In this document: positions 1 through 12,106 of the stretch, piece by piece
Numbering within the stretch: the stretch's first letter is position 1
Layout: each line of letters begins with the position of its first letter
Made by a program: the position numbers and the translations under genes
Assembly (NCBI GenBank): GCA_025201805.1
Contig: MU619238.1
Span: forward strand, 358,096 to 422,095
Length of the DNA stretch: 64,000 nucleotides
Reading direction: 5' to 3'
Source: Parasitella parasitica NRRL 2501
Lineage: Eukaryota; Fungi; Mucoromycota
The notes under the pieces: generated by a model
Databases searched by the model: none
Seen by the model: the letters and a program-made list of their open reading frames with translations, nothing else
Told to the model about the DNA's origin: nothing

Positions 1-35
1 AAATAAATAAATAAAAAAAAAACAGTTGGTTATAC

Positions 36-110
<75 letters not shown>
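1..110. repeat. Poly(A)-rich low-complexity tract
   Basis: Near-continuous A run from 37 to 110; could be an assembly artefact or a retroelement tail. Confidence 0.8.
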
Positions 111-114
<4 letters not shown>

Positions 115-765
115 ATCAAGGGTTGTAATATAGACATAAGGAGAATAAAGAGAGATTCAATTCATGTTTAATGCAGAGGAGCAACACCGTTTTATACGGG
201 TAACAAAATAATCGGGAGATGTGCATTGTGGTACTCGAAAAAGTCAATACATGTTTATAAAATGTCTTTAATTGCTTATCTAATACTATAGCTATTGTAT
301 GAAATCTAGATGAAATGGCTCGGCCACTTTTTCTGATTTGTCTTTGTATACCTGGTTTTTTGATCTGCGATCTTGTGGGCATAATTGCATCTAATAAGAA
401 GCGAAAGAATGTAACACCAACTTTATAATAAAATCAAAATAAACAACCCTGGAGGCTACTTTGTATCAATCTTATGAGTTTTTTTTTTTTTTATAATATT
501 CTCTCACACGTAAAATACTCGCAAAACAATTGGGCTTGTGCGATTCTCCCTAAAATTGAATTAAACGCCCCTTATTTTTATCTTGTTGTCTCCTTTTTTC
601 TTGTATTATTATTATCACTATTGTTGTTGTTTGTTAAGGTTGTGAACATCTTTTCTTTCTTCTTGTTTGTTTCTTTTTCCTTCCCTTCGAGTTTTTTTAT
701 ATATACTTTTTTTTTTTTAATCCTGAAATTTTGAGCTTTTTATACATACACCAAAAGAATCAACA

Positions 766-1945
766 ATGCCAAATACGAATAACGACAGCGACATCCCCGA
801 AAGAATAGCAGCTGCTAGAAGAGAAGCAGAAGCACTAAAAGAACGTATTAAGCAGCGAAAAGAAGCGCTGGCTGATTCAACTTGTAAGTCATCATGCTTT
901 TCTTGTTTTGTTTTGTTTTCCTTTCAACAGTAAAGCTAATTCCCATATCATTTCTAGTACAAGAAATGGCCAAAGATGTTGAACCATTACCACGCATTGT
1001 AATGAAAGCTAGACGAACACTGAAGGGCCATTTGGCCAAGATCTACTCGATGCATTGGGCCGCTGATAAAAGACATTTGGTTTCAGCATCTCAAGATGGC
1101 AAACTGATTGTCTGGGATGCCTATTCGACCAACAAAGTGCACGCCATCCCTCTTCGATCGTCTTGGGTCATGACCTGCGCATATGCTCCCTCTGGTAATT
1201 TCGTTGCTTGCGGTGGTTTAGATAATATTTGTTCCATCTACAACTTGAGAACACGCGATGGCCCTGTGCGCCCTGCTCGTGAATTATCAGGACACAATGG
1301 TTATCTCAGTTCTTGTCGATTCATCAATGATCGCCAAATACTGACAGCTGCTGGTGATATGACTTGTATGCTCTGGGACATTGATGCAGGTGTCAAGACA
1401 GAAGAATTCACTGACCATACAGGCGATGTGATGAGGTATGTGAACGTAAGCCATGTTATTGTTTGCAGCAGACACTTATATATTGCAGTCTTTCATTGGG
1501 ACCAAATCCCAATGTATTTGTCACTGGTGCCTGTGATTCAACAGCCAAGGTCTGGGATATTCGTACAAAGCGATGTGTGCAAACATTTGTTGGCCATGAA
1601 TCCGATGTCAACGCCGTGCAATTCTTCCCAGATGGCAATTCGTTTGCAACAGGCTCTGATGACACTACTTGCCGCTTGTTTGATTTACGTGCCGATTGTC
1701 AATTGAATGTCTACAGCCATGATTCCATTTTGTGTGGTATAACCTCTCTTGGATTCTCTCCTTCGGGTCGTTTACTGTTCGGTGGTTATGATGATTACGA
1801 CTGCAATGTATGGGATACGCTTAAAGGCGAAAGAGTGGGTGTATTATCCGCTCATGACAATAGAATATCATGCTTGGGCGTTGCTGGCGATGGTATGGCT
1901 TTGTGCACTGGCAGTTGGGATTCTACTCTCAAGGTCTGGGCCTAA
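766..1945 (+). CDS. gpb1: Heterotrimeric G-protein beta subunit (WD40), 3 exons (766-883, 958-1435, 1489-1945)
   Basis: N-terminal coiled coil [18 protein letters not shown]; motifs [48 protein letters not shown]; GT-AG introns 884-957 and 1436-1488. Paralog number uncertain. Confidence 0.97.
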
Positions 1946-2127
1946 CTTTTTTTTTGGTTCTTTTTTTTTTTTTTTACAACTTGGAAAAAAAAAACTTGAT
2001 TGTTATGCCTGCCTCGCCTCCTTAAATATCTTTTGAGTGTTTTGTAGTGATTGTGTGCGGTTTTAGGTGTGTATAATCCATCTCCTTTATTAATTTTATA
2101 CAATCCTCCTATTTTCAACTAAATAAT

Positions 2128-2137
2128 NNNNNNNNNN
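2128..2137. other. Assembly gap (10 N)
   Basis: nnnnnnnnnn in sequence. Confidence 1.
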
Positions 2138-2360
2138 TATTGTTGTTGTTCATCATGAATTCTGGTAACTAGTATTGTAAATTAAACTTTTAAGAATTAA
2201 AAATCTTATTTAATAACGACAGCAGCCAAAAATTTGCTACATTCAATGCAATGTATTATGCAGAAAAATAGAATATGTATAAAAATATGTATAATATATA
2301 GAGAGAGGTATAATGATATAGGTATATAAGTAAGTGTATCTGGGTTGTATGCGCAGAATA

Positions 2361-3011
2361 TTACGCAACATGTGGATAACGTTTAAGTTGAGACGAGGAG
2401 AGTGTCGAATGATGCATTGACGAAGCACCAAACAGTCTGCCGATAAAACCTGGTGATTTGTCGTTGAACGAATGCCTTCTTTCGTCCTTGAAGCTCATCA
2501 GGTAATCATGCACTGTATGCGATGAAGCTCTTCTCTGTAATTTAGGCGGAATGGATAGTGTTGACGATGAACATGACGATGACCAAGAAGAAGCAGCAGA
2601 CGACGACTGTGGTGTATTTGAAACCAGCACCGGCAGTTGCTGCTGCTGTAGCTCTGTCACGCGTTTGATAGACAGAGCTAAAGGATCTTGAAACTGCCTA
2701 ACACACTTGTATTCACGGTTGACTCTGTCCAGCTCCTTTGTCAGTCGACGCATGTTATCAGGATGATCCAAATAGTTTTTATCATCTGCCAAAAACGATT
2801 GCCTCTGTAGCATGAGCTTGTGTTGTGTGCGACTTAATTCGGATTTATGAACAGATGATGATCGGGATGAACTTGATCTCTTCATGGCGGTGAGATCTTC
2901 GCTATCCATGCTACTAGTGTGAGTGCAAGTGTACGCTAGTGCGTTGTAAGTAGTCAGTTGTATGCTTGGAGGCGACCTTAGTAAGGAAGGCCTTGGATTA
3001 TGTGAGCTCAT
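2361..3011 (-). CDS. Tco89-like (TORC1 subunit domain) protein, Ser-rich
   Basis: SRTQHKLMLQRQS...ELDRVNREYKCVRQFQDPL resembles the conserved SRTQQKLxLQR / EYxxVRRxxNP blocks of Tco89-domain proteins; likely ATG at 3011. Confidence 0.6.
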   Translation of the reverse strand: MSSHNPRPSLLRSPPSIQLTTYNALAYTCTHTSSMDSEDLTAMKRSSSSRSSSVHKSELSRTQHKLMLQRQSFLADDKNYLDHPDNMRRLTKELDRVNREYKCVRQFQDPLALSIKRVTELQQQQLPVLVSNTPQSSSAASSWSSSCSSSTLSIPPKLQRRASSHTVHDYLMSFKDERRHSFNDKSPGFIGRLFGASSMHHSTLSSSQLKRYPHVA

Positions 3012-3158
3012 TTTATTGTGCAAAGGAAAAAAAAAAGGAAGAGAAAGAGAAAGAAAAAGATGTAAAGGGGGGTGTTGTTGTTTTTCTACTATGCTATTAT
3101 ATACATTGCTCCTTTTTATTATACTATTTTTCATTTCACATGACACTCCCTTTATTGC

Positions 3159-4761
3159 TTATTTGTTTGTATCATTTTCTATCACAATCTTGTTGATCAA
3201 GAGTCTTTTAAGTTTGAATTTCGTTAGTATCCTTTGAATGACACCTAGAATTGCATGTGCAATCGGGCTTTTCTTCTTGTACAGAAACAATAGTAGAATA
3301 GAGGCTGTCATAAGGTTCATAATAGCATGTTTAACTGCTGCCTGTATGTGTATTTGAGCTAACATTCTATATTTACTCTCCTTATTTGATCATTCTTTAC
3401 CTTAAAAACCCATTTCCAACCATCTTGGTCTCCATTGTTGGTGTTATTTTTTGATTTTATTGATCTTCTGGACGTCGATGCAATTTCTCCAACAACCAAA
3501 TCCTTTCTTAGTTCATTAATTTTTTCGTTTAGTGATTCAATTTCTTGTTGCAGAGCTTCTAGAGCTCTTTTTGTGGCCGGCCCCAAAACTGCTTGTTCAT
3601 CCTGTTGCTGCTGCTGCTGCTGCTGCTGCTGGTTACTCAGCGATGTATCGTATTGTTGTTGTGTTGCTGTCACAGAAGACGAAGTTGTACTCATAGGCGA
3701 TTTGTACGATGTGAAAAATCCTTGCTGACCATCTATTTGTTGCATTAATGGCGCTTGATCCATTTTGTATTGTCGGCTAGAAGGATGCAATACCCACGGA
3801 TTCACACTGTCATCAAAATTATCCTCGTATAGTTTTCTTGTGCGATGCTGAGCATTTGATTTTTTATGCGGTTCCTTGCCTGATCTACCAGATGCCGCTG
3901 ATACAGGGCGCAATGTGTTACTATTATTGGATGACGAGATCGATAAGCGTCTCAATTCTGTAGGCGCTGTCATCATTGACATACGGCCTGATTGGGAAGA
4001 AGCACGACTAGAAGCACGTCTTGTCCTTTGTGGCAGTGAAGCGGGTGGAGGACGACGGTTCAAGACGGGAGTCGATCGCTGAACTTGTCGAAGGTATGCT
4101 CTCTCTTCTGCTTCTGCTGATCCAACACTGCATCCATCTTGGGAGGTTGTGTTCTGCTCTTCTTCACTGGAGGAGTCGCCACTGTCACCTGAAGGCTGCA
4201 TAATGGCAAACGATTGAATGATTTGATGAGCTTGTGCCCTGCCTGCAGGTTTTTTATAAGCCTAAAAAAAAGAAAAAAAACGTGCATTGTTATAAATATA
4301 CAACATGCCATGCTATTATGTACAGAACCAGGATATAAATACCTCTTTTGCTGCTTGGAGTAGTGTTTCAACGTATTTATGCTTTGCCTCCATTTCGCTT
4401 GTGCCTTCTAGTCTACTCCAAGCATCCCTAAAATTACATGGATTCAGTCATGAGCGAGAATTTCATTTCGCAAATGAAAGATGTACGAGTACCATTTTGC
4501 TCTACCAACAACATCAAAAATTCCAGGTCTTTGGGTATCAATGTCTCCGTGGGATACTTGTTTATACAAGGCATATAGCTAATTTCAGACAGCTGTTGAT
4601 TAGTTGTTTTCTCTGGTTTATTTTTGAATAAATACCTCCAATTTTTGATCCTTTGTAGGTTGGACATTTGAAGAAGATGGCAAATGCTGTACAATATATA
4701 GCGCTTTGTTATATCTCTGGTTGATGTATCTGTTTGAGTAATGAGCTGGTATGAAACTCAT
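3159..4761 (-). CDS. Acyl-CoA-binding domain protein with coiled coil and C-terminal hydrophobic segment (ACBD5/Atg37-like), multi-exon
   Basis: Spliced N-terminus [28 protein letters not shown]...KLE|[29 protein letters not shown]|DAWSRLEG...EAKHKYVE is an ACBP domain; coiled coil [19 protein letters not shown]; last exon carries a TM-like segment. Confidence 0.88.
3602..3630. repeat. CTG/CAG trinucleotide repeat (poly-Q in ACBP protein)
   Basis: ctgttgctgctgctgctgctgctgctgct. Confidence 0.85.
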
Positions 4762-5829
4762 GTTTGTATTAAAAGGCTCTGTGAATTGGAAAAAAAAAAA
4801 ACGAAAGCTGAATGAGTGAGAACATCATATGCGACGGAATTTAACAGCAGCGACCCATCATTCTGTTGAAACCGATCAACGCAGTTCTGCTTTATACTTT
4901 TTGGACATTTTTTTTTTTGTCAATCTAGTCAAAATATACGCGCCACATATCAAACTAACTTTGTAGAGAAGCAACCCTGCATTTTCTTTTCAAGGTTCCA
5001 GTAAATACTTGCATTTTTTTTTATAACTAAGAAGTCTAATTAATAACTAAAATAGCAAGTATGCGTACATTGAAGAGCAATTTCTGGTCATTTTCGACTA
5101 ATATATCAAGTGAGAAACAACATTCTTTGAGATTTGCATGAAATATCGCATATTCTTTTCTGGAAATGCATTAGAGTGCAAAAAGATAGTATTTGGGGCA
5201 ATTCGAAGCTTTGATTCAGTAAAGCGGGAAATGTCAACGCTGTACGCATATAACGTTATGTAAAAGAGCATTACCCGGACATGGAAGTCTCAAACTAGTT
5301 TTTGGTAGTTTAGTTTAACCCATTATATTTACTATTTACAAAGAAATCTCCTTGAGATTTTGAAGGCTCTACACGGTATCATCTTGGTTTTTACTCGATA
5401 AGGACATCTGATGAAATAATGATAGCTTAAGCCTTTTACATTTAGTTCTTAGTGCTTGAAATACGAGTGTTAAGCAAACTCACAATATACAACAGTGGTG
5501 CAACAGATCGTCATGATCATCAAGACGAAAACATATCGTCACTTGAATCGACATTATGCACCAACTAGAAAAGGCACATAATTGGGTAACAAATGAGAGC
5601 AAAAGCCCAATAAGTGAACATTACAATACATCATTTTTACAAGCCTGTAAAGTGAGGCTATGGTGTAGCTATAAAAGGCAAAATCTTCATGATGACAGAA
5701 TGACTACAGCTGGATTATCATGCCACCAACGCCAATATAAAAAGGATTGCAAAGGCTGTATGGTAAGCTATACTTTTTAACTTTTACTTTATTTTACTTT
5801 TGAATTTTTTTTTTTTTTTTTTTCACAAT

Positions 5830-8800
5830 ATGAACACAAATCAACAACCTCAACGTGTTTTGAATCAAGATGCGAATATGAACAAAGATCATTTGCCTGG
5901 AAGCCAAACTGAACCTGAAGCTGTCAAACAAAAATCTGCTGAGCAAAAGTTACTGTTACTCGGTGCATTCCAGGCCATGCAGAGAGAGGGAAGAATGCCT
6001 CATAATCCCCAGCTGCACGACTTACTGGGTAAACTAATGACCAATAAAGCCGTCGCTTCAAAAGAGCATTTGATGTCTCAGGATGGAAGACTCTTGCTGA
6101 CGGATTTCCGTAAATTAATTGGTACTCTTCAAAAGGCTCTGGCCGTCAAGAACAAGGATGAGCTGTTTCAATCTCTTGTATATCACCTTCATTGCATGGA
6201 AAGCCCTGTTGGTAAAGGTACGTAAATGCTTGCTTTGTAATAGTGGGCATACGTGAGCTGATATCGAAATTGCAGATCACATCAATCAACACATGAAGTC
6301 TACTACTGATAAAGACGCGATGCAACTTGAGGGAAAGAAAGGTTTGTTGCACTTGTTAGGAATGGATTGTAATAGCTGCTTACCGCTGTCTACATTTTTA
6401 GCGTCTAAATCATTGATGCAGATCGGGAAACTCATTCTTCTTAACAATGAATTCCGTTCTGTGTTGGGTGAGCTCATTGACATCTCTCAAGACATTTTCA
6501 ACAGTGTCGCCGCAAAGACCGGTGATTCCCTTCAACAAGCTGGTTCCAGCCTCCAAGATCACAACAATGATGATGATGGCAAACCCGGTAAACACTTTGT
6601 GGACAATGTTCTTGACAGTGCTTTGAATCATGACAATAACAATGCACAGCCTCGCCGATCACCAACTGCACCGCATTACCACGACCAAGAACCTCATCTC
6701 ATTAGTGCATCTAACGATGACCCTCGTCGTCAAGGTCTTTTGAATACTGGCGATTCTGTGCATCCTAATGCTATACTTGGCGGGCTCCCTACTGCCAACA
6801 ACAACACTGTCCAAGGTGGTGGCATTTTGGGCAGCCATAATAATTTCCAACAACATGAGCCTCAAGTTCCAAGTCATCATAACCCTACTGCGTTTGACCA
6901 GCATGACGATGATCGCACTGCTCACAATATAAGTAACCAGCAGCCTCAGCAAGGCTTCAATAAACAAATTCAGCGTGACCCTAAATATCAAAAAGCTCGA
7001 CAGCATTTGGACGACCACAAGCAGTTCGCTCAAGGTACAGTCAACGAAAATATTCCTCAGGAAAAGCAAGATGAACTTTTGCGTCGCCTTCAAAACGCTC
7101 TTTTCGAAGTTCAGCAAAACCCCAAATATCAAGATGCTGTCAGTACTCTTATCCAGTTAATCAAGGTCTGGTCTTCACGTTTAACTAAGGTATCCAAGGG
7201 CGTCATTTCCACCGCCAAGGAAAACGATAAACCTGAGCAAGTCAACTACAGAGAACAGTCTGAAAAGGAACTCAAGGCTATCATTGAATGCTGGGCTCAG
7301 GGTGAATCTATTGATCCTTTACTTTACGGAATTCAAGACGTTGTACGTGACATGCAAAACGATGATCACCTTGGTGAATATTACCGTTCGGTGATCAGGT
7401 ATGTCAATCGCTTACTGAAAGTACCTGGCTTCGCTCAGAAGGACGAATCCACCCAAGAAGGAAGACGACTCATGGACCAAGGCAATCATATTATCAAGGG
7501 TCGCTACAAGGAGCATCTCAACTTTTTGTCGTCAGAATCTCGCAAGTACATGAATCTGATGGCTGAAGACCAGGTATCCAAGGAGCTGTATGCAAGAATT
7601 GCTAAAATCCATCGTGACTTATGGATGGACGGTGAAGGCAATCCTGCCTTCAAGCCCCATCTTTTAAATGACATGAGAATGACGCTGCTCCCTGCCTTCA
7701 TTGATGAAGTCAAGTACATTCCTATCCCACGTATCGAATACAGCGACCCTCAATTCGACATTGTCATTGAAAACCTTATTCTTTCTGGAGACTCTTTACT
7801 GCCTAATGTCTTTGATACCAAGATTGAAAGCTTCAATAGCTTTAGCCTCAGGTCTGACATCGAGTCCAAGCCAAGTCATCAAACTCTGTATGTCCGTATG
7901 AGCGAAATACAAGCGGAAATCGATGATGTGGTATTCTCTTATAAAAAGAAGACGGGATTCCCTAAGCTGTCTGACCGTGGTGTCGCTGCTCTTACCGTTG
8001 GTGGCAAGGGCATCACTGTCACTGCTCGTATCACTACCATCGCCAATAACCCAGCAAAAACATTCAAGGTTGCTTCCTGCAAGTGCCACGTTGACAACCT
8101 TAAGATCAAGGTGAACGAGAGTAAACATGATATCTTGTACAAGGCCGTCCTTCCTTTGATTATCGGCCAAGTCAAAAGACAGATCTCGCGTGTTATTGAA
8201 GACAGAGTTGTTACGTTGGTTGATCAGCTCGATCACAAGGTAACCAACTCCATTGTTGAAATGAACCAGAATCTTCAAACGAAGGCTTACGAAGCACTTC
8301 CTGAGCAAGAAAAAGCTCGACAAGCTCCTCCATCTGTCTCTATTGCTCGTCCTCGTCCAGGCCTCTTTTCTGCTATTGTCGATGTCATTAATCGCAACAT
8401 CAAGACCAAGGTTCAAAAGCGTAATGAAGCCAAGCGATACGGCCGGTTGTCTGAAGACGGTGGTAGTCCGGTCCCTACTTCTCAATCCAGTGACCAAGAA
8501 AAACGTCAAATTCCTGCTGCTCCCAGAGATATCCATCATTCACCACATAATGAGAATGACCGATTATCTGAAAATTCCAGCGGTTTACGACATCTTCAAA
8601 CTACTCACAATTTCCCATCTGCTTCTGAAGGTGGTATCCAGCAATATCCTCAGCAAACATTTAGCAATGAGGAAGAAGATCCCGCTCGTGTAAAGGAGCC
8701 TCATCATCAAGGACTCGATAATGTTGTCAGTGGCGTCCCTGAACATAATGATCCGACCACTAACAATTTAGCTAATATCAATTATCCTCATCATCATCAA

Positions 8801-9043
8801 CAACAACAACACGAACAAAAATCAGGCTTATCTAATATAGCTAGTATCCACGAACCTCCTCATCAGCAACAGAATTACGGACCCGAATACTCAACTTCCA
8901 ATCCATTTAAGCCAGCCGACCACCACAACATCGTTAGCCCTCCTGCTTCTCCCAAGCATCATAATCCTAACAATGACTTTAAATTGGCCACTGATTTATC
9001 CAACGCCCAAAATGAGTACGACCAAAACCAACACTCAAGATAA
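5830..9043 (+). CDS. Large DUF4449/HAM1-like (BPI/TULIP-like) fungal protein, multi-exon
   Basis: GRMPHNPQL, KNKDELFQSLVYHL, YIPIPRIEYSDPQFDIVIENL and KKKTGFPKLSDRG match my recollection of this family; introns ~6218-6276 and 6342-6401. Confidence 0.75.
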
Positions 9044-9096
9044 TTATAGCTTTTCCTAATTCCTTTAATATATCATTAACCTAATAAATCTCAAAT

Positions 9097-9742
9097 TTAG
9101 TCGTATATAAAATAGAATTCTTGATGTGGGTATTCCATATCAACCCATTCCAACAGCTGCTTGATGAATTCAACAAAGATCACAACAGCTTGTGAATATT
9201 CAACCCTTTTTGTTGAAATAGCACCAATGATTGAAATATTCTTGCCTCTTTCTCTGGCTGCTCTTGCAAGTAAGGGTAACATACAAGCATTAAATTCACT
9301 CTCATCAGTAAAAATACAGTTTCTCAGGCACTTAATACCCTTGTGCGAAAGGCCAATACGGTATTCTTTTTGCCCTCTTGCTATTCTTTCAATTGTTTGT
9401 ATTTCTCCCACTGGGAATGTTCTTTTGAGGGGTCAAACACAGCTTTTGAGTTAAATGTTTTTGGATTGTAGCATTTTTTGAAGGGAATTTTTCTGGAGGC
9501 TCTTTAATAAGTCTCTGCTGAAGTTGTTCTTTAATGTCATCAATTATATTTCTTACAAGTTCAGAGTGGGTTTGCTGAATCTTTATATTTCGTGGGTCAT
9601 CCCGAGGAAGGTATTCAACAGTGTCAGTTCTACGAAGCCGATCAAGGGTACCTCTGACTGTTTTGTCAGCATCTCGAAATTTTTGACAGATTTCTTTTCT
9701 TGACATGAAACCCAAAATAATGGTCAGAACTCGAGTTGCCAC
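9097..9742 (-). mobile_element. Degenerate Tc1/mariner-IS630 transposase remnant
   Basis: Frameshifted fragments: HTH-like N-terminal part, CIFTDESEFN (first DDE Asp), RGKNISIIGAIS, FYFIYD then stop. Confidence 0.8.
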
Positions 9743-10407
9743 TGTTGTGTGTGTAAGGTTTTTAGTTATGATAGATTGATATATAGAGATGATTTCATAA
9801 TTCCTAAAAATTAAATGGTCTAGGTGCTAAGTGAAGAATGAAGTCTATTTATTTGAATATGCAATGCCAATATGCGTATAGCATGATGCTTTTTTATTAC
9901 CCTTATATCATTCTTGTAAGCTTGACTATGTCTGTTTTGTTAGTTTGATTAGATGCTTCATTTTCAAATTTTGTAGGTGCCGCCCCAAATGTTTTGTGAG
10001 TTTGATTTGAAAATACGATACTATATATTCAAACCTGTATGTGCACTTCATCAGTACTTGTATTAGAAGATGGAGCTTGAGTATGTGTTCAACTTAAAAC
10101 CGGTGTATTACTGTAAAATATAATGTGCCAAGGATGGCTTAAAGGTCTCATATCTAATAGGTTGGATATAGAAATGTCGCACAATGCCAAAAATCAAAAA
10201 AAAAACATACACACTCAGGACAGTAACGATGGATCATGGCCAGTTGAATAGCCTTTTTGTAGGAGTTATTTATACGATGAAAAACCTCAAGCAGTGACAC
10301 AAAAAGTATACTAAAGCATGTTTCGGATTAAACCCTAGCAAGACTCTCTCGCGTATAAATACAATCATCGCGCCACACATTTCTTCGTTTGCTAAAAAGC
10401 TATCAAA

Positions 10408-11879
10408 ATGTTTGTTCCAGTTCCAGCTGCTGCTTCTAATATCGAAAAGCCTGCTGGCGTACCCATCAACCCTGCAGATGTCCAAAGAGTCAAACTCTTT
10501 CAGCCCTTCCAGCAAAAATCTGTGACAATGCACAATCGCTTGGGTGTCTCACCTATGTGCATGTATAGTGCTGTCGATGGCCACTTGAATGATTACCACA
10601 TCTTGCATTGTAATGTATAATTTATGTATTTGCATCCAAGTCTGACATTGTAAATCTATATATGTATAGACGGTTCTCTCGCTTTAAAGGGTCCAGGCTT
10701 GGTCATTATCGAAGCTTCCGCCGTTGTCCCCGAAGGTAACATGTAGTGATTGTGTCTTTTGTGTCACTGTGTTATAAAAGCTCAAATTCCATGCAATTAG
10801 GCCGCATTACACCCCAAGATTCTGGTCTGTGGAGTGATTCTCAGATCGACAACTTGAAGCGTGTTGTCGACGTTATCAAATCGCAAGGTAGTACACCCGG
10901 TTTGCAAATCGCTCACAGTGGTCGAAAGGCATCTACAAGTCCACCTTTTCTAGGGGACTACATTGTTGCCGAATCTGACGGAGGCTGGCCTGATCGTGTT
11001 GTAGGGCCATCTGATAATGCCTACGCTCCCCATTACGCCAAACCTCATGCCATGACCATTCCAGAAATTAAGCAGATGGTGCAATATTTTGCGGATGCAG
11101 CTGTTCGTGCTGATAAAGCCGGCATTGAAGTATTGGAAATTCATGCAGCTCATGGGCAAGTATCTCCACCAATTGCAATCATGTAAAGTCCAAGACGCTC
11201 ATGGCTTGTATGGCAACTCTACATTATAGTTATCTACTCAGTAGCTTCTTTTCGGGCAATTCCAACAAACGCACTGACGAGTATGGAGGAAGCTTTGAAA
11301 ACCGTATAAGATTTGGTGAGGCCAAACCCTTTGTTACTGGGATGAAAGCTAACCTTATGACTCAACGTAGGTCTCGAGGTTGTGCAGGCAGTTCGTGCAG
11401 TTTGGCCGTCCAATAAGCCTCTTTGGGTCCGAATCTCTTCTGCCGAATACGTGAACCCTGATCCTATGGGTGAGGATCCTAATGGATGGGATATCTATCA
11501 ATCTTGTAGACTGGCTAAAGAGTTCAAGAAGCTGGGTGTTGATTTGGTTGATTGCTCCAGTGGTGGTAACATCCATGGTGTCAAGTACCCTGGTGTTCCC
11601 ATGTATCAAGTTCAATTTGCTGAAGCTATCAAGAAAGAAGCAGATATACAGACGGCAGCTGTCGGCCTTATTGTTGAAGGCACAGACGCCGAGCAAATTC
11701 TTGAAAAAGGCCAAGCAGATTATGTTCTGGCAGGCCGCGAGTTTTTGAGAGATAGTGCCTTTACTCTAGTAGCTGCTCAAGCACTTAATGTCGACATCCA
11801 GTGGAACAAACAATACAGTTGGGCTGTTAAAAAGGCACGTCGTCATAACACTACAAAGACTGGCACAACAATTCCGTAG
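10408..11879 (+). CDS. NADH:flavin oxidoreductase / Old Yellow Enzyme (YqjM-like), multi-exon
   Basis: NRLGVSPMCMYSA, IEASAVVPEGRIT, QIAHSGRKAS, EIHAAHG|YLLSSF, NKRTDEYGGSFENR, GREFLRD. Confidence 0.95.
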
Positions 11880-12106
11880 ATTCATTCTGCATAATAAAAA
11901 AAAATGTATTTTTGAAACAACATTAATCTATTCAAATCAGTGGGACATGTCTTCGATCTCTTTTACATCATTATAATCCTCCCTTGTTTAATGTGAGAAC
12001 CCTGTTTTTATGCCATGTTTCATTGTAGAAGAGCCTTTATATAAAACAACTTGATTCTTTTTCCCAACCATTATTCTCTCTCTACACTGTATCTGTTCTG
12101 AATATT

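Noticed and set aside
1-110. Poly(A) as a telomere or retroelement tail
   Set aside because: No telomeric repeat unit, and upstream sequence is outside the window; may be an assembly artefact
116-734. ORFs 116-382 (-) and 474-734 (+)
   Set aside because: No recognisable motifs; the second is a T-rich promoter/5'UTR stretch of the G-beta gene
6410-8693. Long antisense and alternate-frame ORFs (e.g. 7796-8539, 247 aa)
   Set aside because: Shadows of the codon-biased DUF4449-like CDS
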